A stretch of DNA of 64,000 nt from contig NW_025767392.1 of assembly GCF_003918875.1 (NCBI RefSeq), forward strand, positions 248,001-312,000, written 5' to 3'. The notes below the pieces were generated by a model. It searched no databases. It saw nothing but the letters and a program-made list of their open reading frames with translations, and had not been told where the DNA came from. The stretch comes from Haliotis rubra (lineage: Eukaryota). Shown one piece after another: positions 13,001 through 26,103 of the stretch (position 1 is its first letter; each line of letters starts with the position of its first letter). The translations under genes and the position numbers were made by a program.

Positions 13001-15761
13001 TGGGCTTAAGGCCGATTTTTACGGTATTCCAATCACACCACGGCGTCTCAGTGCAATTTCCGATATTCCAAAATGATGCATGTCTTAGGGTTTTGATAAA
13101 AGTCACAGGTTAGGTCTGACAAACATCTAAACATAATCAGGACAAGCTGAGAATCGAACCTACAATGAGTTAGTGACCAAATCAGAGTGAAACAACATTT
13201 CAGCAACACCACGTCGTATCAAATTGATGTCTGGACAGTTCAACGGTCTTGTTTCAGTTAAACCAGAGAACACAGACAGTCTGCTTATTGACTGAAGGTA
13301 GCTGGGAAATTTGGACACATGACAAGCGCACCCTGATACGTTATCAGATTTTATGTATTCGGGCATTGATACGTTTGAGATGATACCATATAATAATAGA
13401 CTAAATACAAATATTCAGCCTTAGGTTCCGATACCCACCTCCATACATCCATTTTTTTCATTGGCATCTAAAAGCGGAATCCAAGCCGTTGGTTGCAGGA
13501 CTTTGTAAGACTCGTTGTCAAGGTAACCACAATCTTAAAAGGAGAATACTAGACAATTGCAATAATCTGCTGTGTGAAAGGTAGAGTCATCAGAAACATG
13601 TACCCCAATTTTTGTTTCAAAAATATGGTTTATTATGTTTTTATCCCGAAAACAGTTTCTGTTATCTGAGCTTCGGCCATTATGCATATTCCGCTGGAAC
13701 TCACGTGGCCTTTCCGCTCGTGACGTCATATGTGACTAACGTCCGCCATATTGCCAAAGAACAAGCGCTACAGTAATACAAATCGTGTTGTTTCTGCCAT
13801 TTTTGTAAATGGTACGATGGTGTATTCCGCTGCCTGGGGATGCACGGAGTAATCGAACAATGGAAAGAGATGCCATTTCTTCCGTTTTCCAAGTAAAGAG
13901 ACAGATTTAGGCAGGAAAAATGCTCCGATCATTTCGAGTTGGACGCATATGAAAGAGACATGCACACATGGGGTATGAAAATCCCAAAGCTAGGCTGAGG
14001 AAGGAAGAAGTACCCACGAGATTCATTTATACTCCATAATTACCTGTTACAACTTAAATCAGTGGTATTTTTTAACATAAATTAAATCAAGTCCGATTGC
14101 CAGTCGAATTGCCCCCGCTACAAATTGTCCGAGCAAAGTTGGTCCAATTGCCCCAGGGGTAACTCAAAATGCCACTTATACCAGATCGTCAACATTATTA
14201 CAACGATCTGAGCCAAAATTTGCTAAAGGAAGTAGTAGCAAACTTCCTGTAATTATAAGGTGTGAGGTCACTACATACAGAAATGAAGCCGCCATCTACC
14301 TTGATGCCACGGGACGGTACTGGCGGTGTTCTTAGGTGTTTTAGGCCTCAGGTTCCACACAGGATGTCCGGCAATTTTAGGCCCAATCAGTTGTTCAACC
14401 AAATTCAATAGTCGTTCATTGCCCCAAAGAGCACGGAAGGCCTGTGGTTCGAAAGAATATACACATTGTAGACATATAGGGAATAGTCTAATAGTCAAAC
14501 TGAAAAGAACCTATCACCCAAGAGGTGTTTAAGTAATATTTATCTACCTACCGGAGGCAGAATGCCTGCTTTGTGTAAGAGTATGTTGGCACCGGGAAAC
14601 TCTTTCTCAATAAACGACAAGCGCTCGAACAATCCTTTGTCCTTGTATAAATCTGAAAAGATACATACATGATTGAACATGAAATAATTGTGGGTTTAGA
14701 CAGAAAGCATCGATCACATTGTTGAACATTAACTTTGTAGTCAGATTACGAGCTAAACCAAATTCTATTGTTCCCAGCGGAAACGTGCTCGAACAAGCCT
14801 TGTCCTCGTTCAAATCTGAAATTACATACCATCACCTGTGGGCTTGCGTATGAAACAGTGATGTAGACATGTCATGTACTTGCGAAACAGACATTGTGCA
14901 CAGGAACATTGTAAATTCACACGTTTCCTCTAAGGAAATAGCATACTTTTTATCTTTCCTCCTTTGTACAGCTTCTGAGCGAGGTCCTCAATAAGCTCTT
15001 CTATGGCTTCTCTGCAAGGGTCCAGTTCCTCCTTGGAGAAGAACTTCTCCACTACCAGATAACCCTGGAACACAACACAATGAATCATCATAAGTCATTT
15101 ATTTTTATTCCATCGACAGTGATAATTTCAACAAGTAACAAGTGTGCACATATCATTGTAGAAAACATTAGAGATCGTAATCCGATCATATCTGATCACG
15201 GTTAAATTATGCATATTTCGTCAAAAACGGCACCGCATGATTAAGGCAGAATGTATAGTACAGATATATGTACAAACACAATGGATGGGTTTAGACAGTG
15301 TACATATCTGGGAACTTGAAATTGCCCTGGCGAGTGAACACATCCTCGAATCTCTACCATATGGATCAATATGTTGTATGCAAACCTGCACATGTCAATT
15401 TTCTATTAATTTCTTTTAAATGTACACATTTAATAGAACATATTTTCACCTTAAGGCTCATTTCTTACTTTTAAAACACTTGCTATGAGCAAAAGTACGT
15501 TGACAGGTACCATATTTGTTGGATTTTTGTATCAAACATAACTTGATAACTGATCTTCACAAGTACTTCTTACACTGAATATTTGTGTTGCGAATTAAGC
15601 TTTTAAAAAATAACCTTTTCGAAATAATGATCAACTTGAGCTTTTGTCAGTTGCCCTGGCTTTGCTTCAGTTGGCTGGGGTGGAGGAACGGTGAAAACCT
15701 CGGGGTAGGCTTCGTCACAGTCCCCAGGATAGCGGGTCACAGTCGTCGTTGTCGTAGTCAT
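10074..15761 (-). CDS. PhyH-family Fe(II)/2OG dioxygenase, paralog 2 (9 exons, intact)
   Basis: Exons 15761-15615, 15064-14947, 14652-14552, 14441-14300, 13533-13439, 12918-12813, 12297-12213, 12055-11851, 10196-10074. Open frame MTTTTTTVTRYPGDCDEAYPEVF...WHQDCGY...PHRS...IRWSLDLRW...SSWHKS*. Confidence 0.92.
10832..11740. repeat. 29-bp minisatellite in intron 8 of PhyH paralog 2
   Basis: Unit TTCACTTGTATGTTTACTATGTTTCCACC, about 31 copies; source of the spurious ORFs at 10715-11808. Confidence 0.95.
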
Positions 15762-16745
15762 GTTGGATCCTCAGATGCCGCAGGGTAAATGCCGCAATGC
15801 GACGATGAGACCAGTATTAACACAGTAGTAGTACGGCCGGTGATAAGCGAGGTGTTTATATTTTATCTGTAATTCTACGACCTTGCCCTAAGTCTACAGT
15901 TACTGACACCGCTCGCATTAGATATGAATGCTCACTTTAAATGCTACTTTTTAATTTAAACTTAAGATACCCTAGTTTCCGTTTTACAAGATCGTTTTCC
16001 GCTCACACGTTAATCATCACTTTTAGTACCTTTTTGTACCTTTGATAGCATACACTTGCTCCTCTCGCTATTTCAAGCTCATAAATCCTGGTTGGGTGTG
16101 TTAATAATTTTTCGAAACATTGTACCTTTGAAAAATGTATCATCAGTTATGTATGTCAGAAAATGACACATGATAAACTAGAATTACCAGTAACATCAGA
16201 ACTTTACTCAGATCATGACCCAATAGGAATGGTGTTGATACACCTAGAAACATAATCATGACCAACTGGGACTCGAACCCACGATCATAACTTATCTAAA
16301 TGTGAATATAACACAAACAACTGGTGAAAAGTAAATAATATCTGTTTATTACCCATATGGTTCAATAGAAGCAAATTGATGTAATTAAAACAAGGCACAC
16401 ATGGTAATAACTATTTTAAGCACGCTGCAACCTTGATGACGCTGCCCCATTGTTGACACACACACCATTGTCTACGTCATTTATAATGACGACACAGTGT
16501 GTGCCATCACTGTAGAAGTCATGTTGAAATGTTAACTCTGTAGGCGGATACGTTTCCTTCCACTGCAGGAAATACCACAGTGCAGATGATGACAGAAACA
16601 TTTTGTTTCGCATAATCATTTCGACAGTCACATATTTTTATCATATATATGTATCTGCTTCACAATTATAACTAAACAATCCTCATCAAGCGGTAATATG
16701 AAACATAGGTTGAGCATGACGTCACGGATTACGTCATCATCCACG

Positions 16746-19700
16746 TCACGCCTTATGCCAGCTGCTGTAAGCCTTCCCTTTCACAAGTTTGGCAGTGTGT
16801 CGGTTCTCGTGGGTCATTTCCCATTTCTCCATATGGGGGCCTTGGATAGTTGTCTCGAATGCACCCTCCTGCAACACATGGGGTCAATATAAATCTATAC
16901 CATGACGCTCCCAGAGTGCCAACTTATCTACGATTACTACCCTCATATGTCCTTAGTAGTTATTCCTTACACTATTGTCCACATAAGCTTCACTATTCAC
17001 GTGTCAGGGGTGTATTTATATTCCAAGATTCTACACCTTAAATTATCCCAGTGAAGATCCGGGTTAGAATTGGTCTTCAGAAATCAATGCTTGTCCTAAG
17101 AGGCGACTAACGGGATCGGGTGGTCAGGCTCGCTGACTTGGTTGACACATGTCATCGTACCCCAATTCCGTAGATCGATGCTCATGCTGTTGATAACTGG
17201 ATTGTCTGGTACAAACCTGATTATTTACAGACCGCCGCCATATAGCTGGAATATTGCTGAGTAAGACAACAAACCAACAAACTGAACTTGTGTTGCCTGA
17301 GAGACCCTTTAGATAAGATTGTTTCATGACAGGTCAGATGACTGGAACTTAGAATACAGTACTTTACGACATAAGATCCTTTTATCGGGGTTTAGAATCA
17401 TGAGTCATGTGGGTACTCTTCAGCTTGAGAAGATAAGATATCTCATGCAATGTGTCATGGGACGATACAATAACCAACTGATAAAAAACTGACAAAGCTA
17501 ATTACTTGATAAGGTTACAATTAAATATAAATTATTTTTGCTTAAAATGTGATTAAATTCATTATACATTTTGTTAGTTCTTGGATTCAAAACATATGTT
17601 CCTTGTTGGCGATATGTTACATTTTCACCTGCTCGTATATACATGTATAAATGGCTCTGTATCCTTCTGGGATATTGCTGCCATGAGCCCATGTATGTTT
17701 ACTAACCATGTTTCCACCTTCCCTTGTATGTTAAACATGTTTCCTACTTAGATTGTATGTTTACTATGTTTCCACCTTCACTTGTATGTTTACTATGTTT
17801 CCACGTTCACCTCTATGTTTACTATGTTTCCACCTTTACCTCTATGTTTACTGTTTCCACCTTTACCTCTTTGTATACTATGTTTCCACCTTCACCCTAT
17901 GTTTACTATGTTTCCACCTTCACCCTATGTTTACTATTTTTCCACCTTCACCCTATGTTTACTATGTTTCCACGTTTCTTTGAATAATAACCGCCACTAT
18001 CCTTGTTTTACTATCGACAACTATATAAGTGATATTTACTCATTCCCTCTTTGGCTTATTCACAGTAGACTAACTAAACAATACCTCATCTGTCTTTTCG
18101 TTCAAGGCTTCTTCGGCGGCCACGTGTCTGTCCACAGATATAAATGGGCTCCAGTCAATCTTGTAGTTCGGTTGGGATGGATCTCTCATCAAGATTGCCT
18201 CCTTCAGGCCGTAGAAGCCGACAGGTTTAGCAGGATCCTGCCAACGGAGGTCCAAGCTCCATCGGATGTCGTTGGAAACGTTCGACAGACTGAATAGATA
18301 CATACAATGTATTTCATAATTATATAAACTAAGCAAGTACGTTTATTGTGTTATAAAGGTAAATTCATGTATAATACATGTGTCCATATGTATTGTGATG
18401 TGATTATATAGTGCGTTACTTGTGTAGGTACTGTATTACCTTCTGTGTGGGATCATGTTGTTGATTAGAAGCATCCCGCCATAGGGAATTGGACAGAGCT
18501 TAATGTCTTTGTCCAGATCCACACCTGGAACAATAGAGCAGAGTCTTAGATCAACTTCACCTAACCTCAGCTGATGCCCGATCACCACGAATTAACAATT
18601 CGGCATTACACAAACTCAACTGAAATTATAAAGTGTTGTTACATCGATGTGAATACAACGGGAATTTTGCTTGTCTAATTTGGGGTTTATGTTTGCTATC
18701 TGTCTTCTCCACACAATTATCCTGAAGCATTTACCTACCTGGTAATTTAAAACCGTTTTGATTAATGAAAAACCATTCAATATCCACTTTATATAAACCA
18801 ACCATAGCAGGTATGGTCTCATTGTGACATTGTAAAGGAAAGGTTGACCCGATTTCGCACTTGGTAAAGGGCTAGAGGTAATGAGGTTATGTATACATGT
18901 ATGTCCAATTCATTTAACAACGGTCAAGCACTGAAAATGTATTTCTTTAAAATGCAAAGAAGTGATTTGCTCAAAATGCACTAAATAATTATTCAGTAAG
19001 AATGAGATTCATATCTTACCCAGAGTCTTGACCATCTCCTCTTCTGCAAGTTCCACATACCACGTGTCTGCCCAGCAGCAGGTGTGACGGCAGATGCGAC
19101 CTGGTCGGTGACCACCGGATACGACCTGTGGACGGAGAGCGTTGAATTACACCATACAGTCAATGATATGTATGATGCAATGGCCCAGATGGTATGAGTG
19201 AGGGAGCTGGGTTTTAACAGTATTCCAATCACATCACGGCGTGTCTATTGTTCAAGTTTCGACGACATCCCGACGCCTTGGGTGTTTACAATTTTGATAA
19301 AACCCACGAAATCGTGTGAGGTGCTGAAAAACCTCTAAACACAAACAGGACAAACTGAAATTTGAACACACAATCATAGGTTTCTGGCATAACAAAGGGG
19401 ACTTGTCGACAATGAGTTAGTGACCAAATCAGATTGAAACAATACTTCAGCTATACCATTGTATATAGTCTGTTGACTGGGGGATTTGGACAAGCGCACC
19501 CCGAAAGGTTTATCACATGTCCTGTATCCTGGTAGTGATTCGCAAAATATTTAGGATTAGGTTCCGATACTCACCTCCATGCATCCATTTTTTTCATTGG
19601 CATCTAAAAGCGGAATCCAAGCCGTTGGTTGCAGGACTTTGTAAGACTCGTTGTCAAGGTAACCAGAATCTTAAATGAAACAAATACCACTAATATATTA

Positions 19701-21285
19701 CAACGATCTGAACCAATATTTGTTAAATAAAGTAGAAGCGAGCTCCGGGTAATTATAAGATGTAAAGTCACAACATACTGAAATGAAGCCGCTATTTACC
19801 TTGATGCCACGGGACAGTAGTTGCGTTGTTCTTAGGTGTTTTAGTCCGCAGATTCCAAACTGGATGTCCGGCAATTTTTGGTCCAATCAGTTGTTCAGCC
19901 AAATTCAAGAGTCGTTCATTGCTCCACACTGCACGGAAGGCCTGTTGTTCGAAAGAAAAATAAACACAATGTAGACATATAATGAAGAGCATAATAGTCA
20001 AACTGAAAAGAACTTATCAACCAAGAGTTGTTTAAGTAATATTTATCTACCTACCGGAGGCAGAATGCCTGCTTTGTGTAAGAGTATGTTGGCACCGGGA
20101 AACTCTTTCTCAATAAACGACAAGCGCTCGAACAATCCTTTGTCCTTGTATAAATCTGAAAAGATACATAGTATATGCTTGATCATGAAATTATTGTGGG
20201 CTGAGACAGAAAGCATAGATCATATTGTTGAACATTAACTTTGTAGTCAGATTACGAGCTAGACGAAATTCTATTGTTCTCAGCGGAGAGGCTATCGAAC
20301 AAACCTTGTCCTCGTTCAAATCTGAAATTACATACCATCGGTGTACTACCTGTGGGGCTACGTATGAAACAGTGATGTAGACATGTCATGCACTTGTGAA
20401 GCAGACATTGTGCACAGGAACATATTAAATTCACACGTTTCCTCTAAAGAAATTGCATACTTTTTATCTTTCCTCCTTTGTACAGCTTTTGAGCGAGGTC
20501 CTCAACTAGCTCTTCTATGGCTTCTCTGCAAGGATCCAGTTCCTCCTTGGAGAAGAACTTCTCCACTATCAAGTAGCCCTGGAACACAACACAATGGATC
20601 ATCATAACTCACACTTATCTGATTCCATCGGCAGTGTCAACGGGTAACAATTGTGCCACATATCGTCGTGGGAAAAAATTAGAGACGATGATGGTCAAAT
20701 TATCCATACTTTGTCCAAAAGGGCACCGCATGATTAAGGCAGAGATGTATAGTACAGATATACGTACAAACACAATGAAAGGGCTTAGACAGTGTACATA
20801 TCTGGGAACTCGAAATTGCCCTGACGAGTGAACGCATCCTCGAATCTCTACCATATGCATCAATAGTTATGTCTTCACATGTTGTATGCAAAGCTGCACC
20901 ATATCAATTTTCTATTTCTTTTCATGTAAATGTACACATTTGATAGAACACATTTTCACCATAAGGCTGATTTTCTTTCTTTTAAAACACTTGCTACAAA
21001 CAAAAGTACGTTGATAGTTACCTGCATGTGTAGTATTTTTGTATCAAGAATAACTTGCCATCTTCAAGAATATTTCATACACTGAATAACTAGAATATTT
21101 GCGTTGTGAAGTTTTTATGAAATAATTAAAACAATCACCTTTTCGAAATAATGATCAACTTGAGCCTTTGTCAGTTGCCCTGGCTTTGCTTCAGTTGGCT
21201 GGGGTGGAGGAACGGTGAAAACCTCGGGGTAGGCTTCGTCACAGTCCCCAGGGTAGCGGGTCACAGTCGTCGTTGTCGTAGTCAT
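16746..21285 (-). CDS. PhyH-family Fe(II)/2OG dioxygenase, paralog 3 (9 exons, intact)
   Basis: Exons 21285-21139, 20578-20461, 20155-20055, 19941-19800, 19669-19575, 19125-19020, 18524-18440, 18289-18085, 16868-16746. Same exon sizes as paralog 2; WHQDSGY motif; ends SSWHKA*. Confidence 0.92.
17046..17285 (+). mobile_element. Short retroposon family A in intron 8 of PhyH paralog 3 (rearranged counterpart at ~10282-10422 in paralog 2)
   Basis: gtgaagatccgggttagaattggtcttcag...gctggaatattgctgag...acaacaaaccaac. Confidence 0.88.
17690..17975. repeat. Shorter paralogous copy of the 29-bp (27-29 bp) minisatellite in intron 8 of PhyH paralog 3
   Basis: Same flanks as 10832-11740; about 10 units. 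Confidence 0.9.
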
Positions 21286-23689
21286 GTTGAATCCTCAGAT
21301 GCCGCAGGGTAAATGCCGCGATGCGACGATGAGACCAGTATTAACACAGTAGTAATACGGTCGGTGATAAGTGAGGTGTTTATATTTTATCTGTAATTCT
21401 ACGACCTTGACCTACCTCCACAGTTATTGTTAGACACCCTCACATTAGATATGAATGCTCACACGATGAAGTTGGTGCGGCGTAACGCAATATTCATTCG
21501 TTCATAGATGAAGAAGTCTGCATCCGAATGAACCAAGATAGTTATGTAGAATTCATGTTGTATCGACATATTTTATACACTTGTGAATGTCGCGGACGTG
21601 ACTGACAAGGCGTTGAGGTGGTGACCTAGTTTTTAACTTAAGATACCCTAGTTTCCGTTTTACAAGATCGTTTTCCGCTCACACGTTAATCATCACTTTT
21701 AGTACCTTTTTGTACCTTTGATAGCATACACTTGCTCCTCTCACTATTTCAAGCTCATAAAGCCTGGTTGGTTATGTTAATGACATTTTTCGAAACATTG
21801 TTCCTTTGAAAAAGATGTATCATCAGTTATTGTAAAAAAATGACACATGATAAACTAGAATTCTCAAAAAACACCACAACGTTACTCAGATCACGACCTA
21901 ATAGTTTATACAAGTTGTTTAAAATACTATAGTCGTTAATAATTGATTTAAAACGCTGTGAAAAAGAATGATTCATAACTACACGTTCGTGATATAGTCT
22001 GAACTGTACAATCGACTCGCTATTAGCAGTAATCGTTTATGGATGTGGAAAGGGTTTTTACTCCAATGTGTATGACATTTCAGAACTTTACTGAAATAAC
22101 ACATCCTCCCACTTGGAACTACTACTCAACGGACGGAAACGACTTCCTCTATTCCAAGGTTGAGACAACAGGAGACTGATGAAGGTCTATTTCTGTTTAC
22201 GGATATTGACGACAAGAACGTATTATGTACATATTTTAAATCTAACTTAACAAAAAAAATATACATAAATTTGTAAGTTAACAATTTCCAAATTCACAAA
22301 TCGACATATTTGAAATAAGACTGAATTATTAAATAATAGAAGATCTCTAACCCTGCCTTAGACCTGAAAGGAAACGGAGCATTTTATTAGCAAAGAGTTG
22401 TGTATATCGTTTAATACCTCACAGCTAAAACTTATTATGTGCATTAACATTTATGTCAGTTTATACACGCATCCTCGAATGGGAAAAAAGTATCGCAACA
22501 CTCCGTATTTTTCATAGTATCAATATGATACCATTAACCATTATAGCACAGGAACTGGTCCAAACCCCAGTATAACTAACATCTAGATAAATTGACCCTC
22601 TAGAAACTGTAGCTTCAGAAGGAAGCATGGGGAAAACTGGGGATGGTCATCGAAATGTGGTACAACAACCCTCTCTAGGATGTCAGAGATGTAATGTTGT
22701 CCATTTAGATTTTGTCCAATCGTCACGAGGTCTTTCGTTCAACCAGTTCGACTTCAGTGACGTCGAGTTTGATACCAAGCTTGTAGTGATCCTCTGTGCA
22801 CTAGGAATAACAGTCGGCTGGACCATGAACGGGTTCTTGTGATTCTGACACGGGCTGTATGTACCCTAGGAGCTTCAACCTTAACGCTGACGGTCCCCCC
22901 ATTGATTTCTGGCCAGTCGGCTAATAAACGATGGATGACAATCAAAATCTTCTTGCAATAACCCTCAATGATATGCCAGCATTCTGCATACCAACAATAT
23001 GCCATCTTTAAGTTGTCAATTGAGGAGGCAAGGTATTATATTTGCTAATCAACTAAGAAATCATGTCATTTTCCAAGTTATCGACCTGTGAGTACACTAT
23101 AATGATATTTGCAAATGACGGGTACACGTTTTGCATGTGATGCTCATATCAAAACTCGATGTATGCTGTGACCGAAGGGTCAAATTAATCATACGAACAA
23201 ACAAATTTTATGAAGTGAATATGACATGGCCATATAGGGGTAAAACTCATAGGTGTTGCGATACTTCTTTCCATGTGTATATAATGAATACTGAGAATAG
23301 CCTAAGCATAGATTAATCTTGTTTATCAGCTGTATTGCCCAAAAATTGGAACAGGTATAGTTGTTATTTCGGGACAGTGTAGCAGTTATTTGACTCACGT
23401 GTGTATGAAATCTATAGATAACACACAACACTGTGTGCGATAACTAACATTTCGGTGTACAAACCAACATCAACCTAGGCTTTGGGGAGAAGGACTATGC
23501 TTGTATTTGAAAGTGGGCGCTCCACAGGCGAAGGTTTTTGTCCGACCCAATTTTGAAAACATATCAGACAGTTCTTAAAATTGATAATTTGACACTGAGA
23601 AATTTCGACATTATTCGTTTTCTGTTTAATCAAATAAATTTCCGAGTATATTAAATAGCAGCAAACAGTGTGCATGCTTTAATTTCACG

Positions 23690-24304
23690 AAACTGTAAAT
23701 TTATGAGGTCATTCGATGCCTGTTTGCTTTAACTGAACAATCACATTGAATGTGAGCTGGAAAAACAAGTTAAACTTTTCATATTAAACCAAGAACGTCA
23801 ACGTGCTATGGGTAGGCTTGATGCTGGTCAGTCTGTGGTCGCTGTTGCAAGAGCCTTTAATTGCTCATGACAAACAAGTTTTAATCTTAGGATAAGAGTG
23901 CATCAATCCACCACTGACGTTGCATGATCTTCAACGTGACCTTGTTAAGCAATGGCGACGTCTTCCTCTGGGTGTGTTTACTAACGTTCTAAGATCCACG
24001 AGGAGACGTTGTGTGTCTGTAAGAGACGCTAGAGGAGGCCACAACCCTTACTGAAGACCTCAATCGAATTGTTCTCCACACTGTTAACTTCATTTTGGAA
24101 GGTACCTTGACATCATAAACGTTATCGTTGTTAAAGGGCTTCGGCGAGACTTGTTATTTTTCCTTTGACGTCAAGAAGTTCTGTGCACAGCAATTAAAAA
24201 AATATTTAAAATTATTAAAATTATTATAAAATTAATGTCTTAAACCTAATATTAAAAACCAAGTCTAAAAAATCCCAATGGCAAGTTTTCAGTCTTGCTC
24301 AGTA
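23690..24304 (+). mobile_element. Internally deleted Tc1/mariner transposon remnant
   Basis: ~23785-23890 translates to QERQRAMGRLDAGQSVVAVARAFNCS*QT (Tc1 N-terminal HTH), fused to PPLTLHDLQRDLVKQWRRLP...RSTRRRCVSVRDARGGHNPY* (Tc1 C-terminus, stop at 24054). The DDE core is missing; right end ...ttgctcagta. Confidence 0.8.
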
Positions 24305-24849
24305 TGTTTATACAATACCGTGTTTGGGGGTTTGAAATGACAATCTCAGAAACGTATCTGAGTGTTGTTAGTTTGCCAGCAAGAAAATTCTTTCGCCATG
24401 GCTGGTCACTTTACGGGCTCTTCTTGTATGTGTTTACACTGCGAAATCACGAACAGTCCGTTAACGACATACTCACGGTCAATATCATTAAAAGAAGTGA
24501 AACAAATGAGACTTACATCGGAAGGGTGAAGTTATGACTGTCTGATGTCTGTCTTTGTGTCTCATTTAGTATGTATATGATAATATATACATACACGCAT
24601 GCATCCACCCATCGACCCATCCATCCATCCATCCAATTACCAATCCACCCATTCATTCATCCATAGAGCCAACCAGCCATGCATACATGCATCTCCTTGA
24701 CAACTATGACATCTCCGTGCGTGGTTTTGACCATTTGATAAAAGAGAAAGGATGATGACTTCTTATAGCTGAACATTTAATCAGTAAATGTTTTATGTAT
24801 TTATCAAGTTATAGTTTCTTAATTTTCCTTAAATGTTAAGCTATAAGGA

Positions 24850-25310
24850 GTGATTGTCAAATGTTTCACTACGGAACATATGTTATTATTGGAATTACAC
24901 TTTCCCAGTAATGTACAGATTCTAGTACACAAAAATGGAAGTCGGGCAACTGGTAGTCCAGACTGCGGACCTTGTGTACCCCTCTGATAAGTGGTAATTG
25001 GCACGGCTCCCACGGCCGAAAGCTGTGAAATACATAATGCCATTTTAGAAAGTGGTCAAATGTAACATATATTTGGGATTACACTTTCTCAGTAAAGTAT
25101 AGATTCTAGTACTTTTTGGGTTGAGTCCCATCCGGGATTCGAACCCACACCCTCAGAGTCAGGCAACAGAGGGGTACACAAGGTCTGCAGTCTAGACTAC
25201 CAGTTGTCCGACTTCCATTTTTGTGGAAGCCGCGGTTGCTGAGCGGTCTAGGCGTCTGACTTTTGTGTGCTGGCGATTAAGTGCCTGATTCTGAGGGTGT
25301 GGGTTCTAAT
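24850..25310. mobile_element. Rearranged pieces of a tRNA-related repeat in both orientations
   Basis: tRNA-like A-box segment GCCGCGGTTGCTGAGCGGTCTAGGCG at 25229; B-box GGGTTCGAATCCC on the minus strand at ~25133-25146; 24930-24985 is the reverse complement of 25168-25225. Confidence 0.6.
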
Positions 25311-26103
25311 ATTTGGTTGGGTTTGTTGAGGGGGCTGTGTGTGTGTGCTTGTGTTTTGCAGGCCAATATGACTACACATCATTTCCACACAAGAATGTAT
25401 AAGTCGGTTCCATTTATCCTCATACACTTAGTTTACTTCAGTGTGTGTAAAGTCCTAAACATCAGTGGGTACTGGTGGACCACAAGGAGCCGGAATTCAC
25501 TGTTCAGAGTTGTCTCCTTTCTATTCGACACTCTAGGAACCCATGAACGTGTGATCGAATCCTGATTAGACCTAAATTGTGCCTAGGTTTGTCAGACCAT
25601 GGATTTCAATTGACTGGTAATCATGTTTTATGACGTGACATGACATACTGTTTAAAGTGGTGTTTTGACACAAACCTTCTTATCATTGATAGTTGTTTAA
25701 TAGGGTATTACTATACTAGGACCGCACAATGCATTTTTTGTTCTTAGAAATGTTGAATAATATTATTGTGTTGAAACTTGGTGAAAGGTTTCACGCTTCA
25801 ACTGGCTATAGGATAATGACATGAATCAACATGGACACTTTACAATATGGAGGAAGGCGTGAGCGATAGAGACAATGTTCTGTTGTGCATACAGTGTCAT
25901 GTGTGAAGGGTTTGTCTTAGATAACTACTACGACGACCTTGATCAACTACAATACCCTTGGATGTTATCTCCACGTGGTCTGTCCATGACACGGCAGATG
26001 GGCATGGTATTGTTTGTGGACAGCTATATGTGAACAACCAACGAACGATTTTCAGAAATGTGTATGTCTATATGTGCGTCTGTGTTTATGTCTGTGTTTG
26101 TGT

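Larger units (their letters stand above)
9575..21904. repeat. Head-to-tail segmental duplication (units ~9575-16226 and ~16232-21904) carrying PhyH paralogs 2 and 3
   Basis: Both units begin gtgttga.a.acctagaaa..aatcatgaccaactgggactcgaacc and end actcagatca.gacc.aatag. Introns, 3' flank and promoter align with high identity. Confidence 0.92.

Noticed and set aside
22170-22200. Hammerhead ribozyme core (CTGATGA); Penelope-like fragments near 5210-5290 and 42500-42540
   Set aside because: No stem II followed by GAAA in the correct order could be built.
22620-23005. Possible death-domain-like or other coding remnant on the minus strand (EDHYKLGIKLDVTEVEL)
   Set aside because: Short, with several stops and no clear splice sites; the resemblance is too weak to support.
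25229-25310. tRNA gene
   Set aside because: A-box-like start, but the B box is broken and no acceptor stem closes. It is part of a rearranged repeat. Family B heads are likewise SINEs, not tRNAs.
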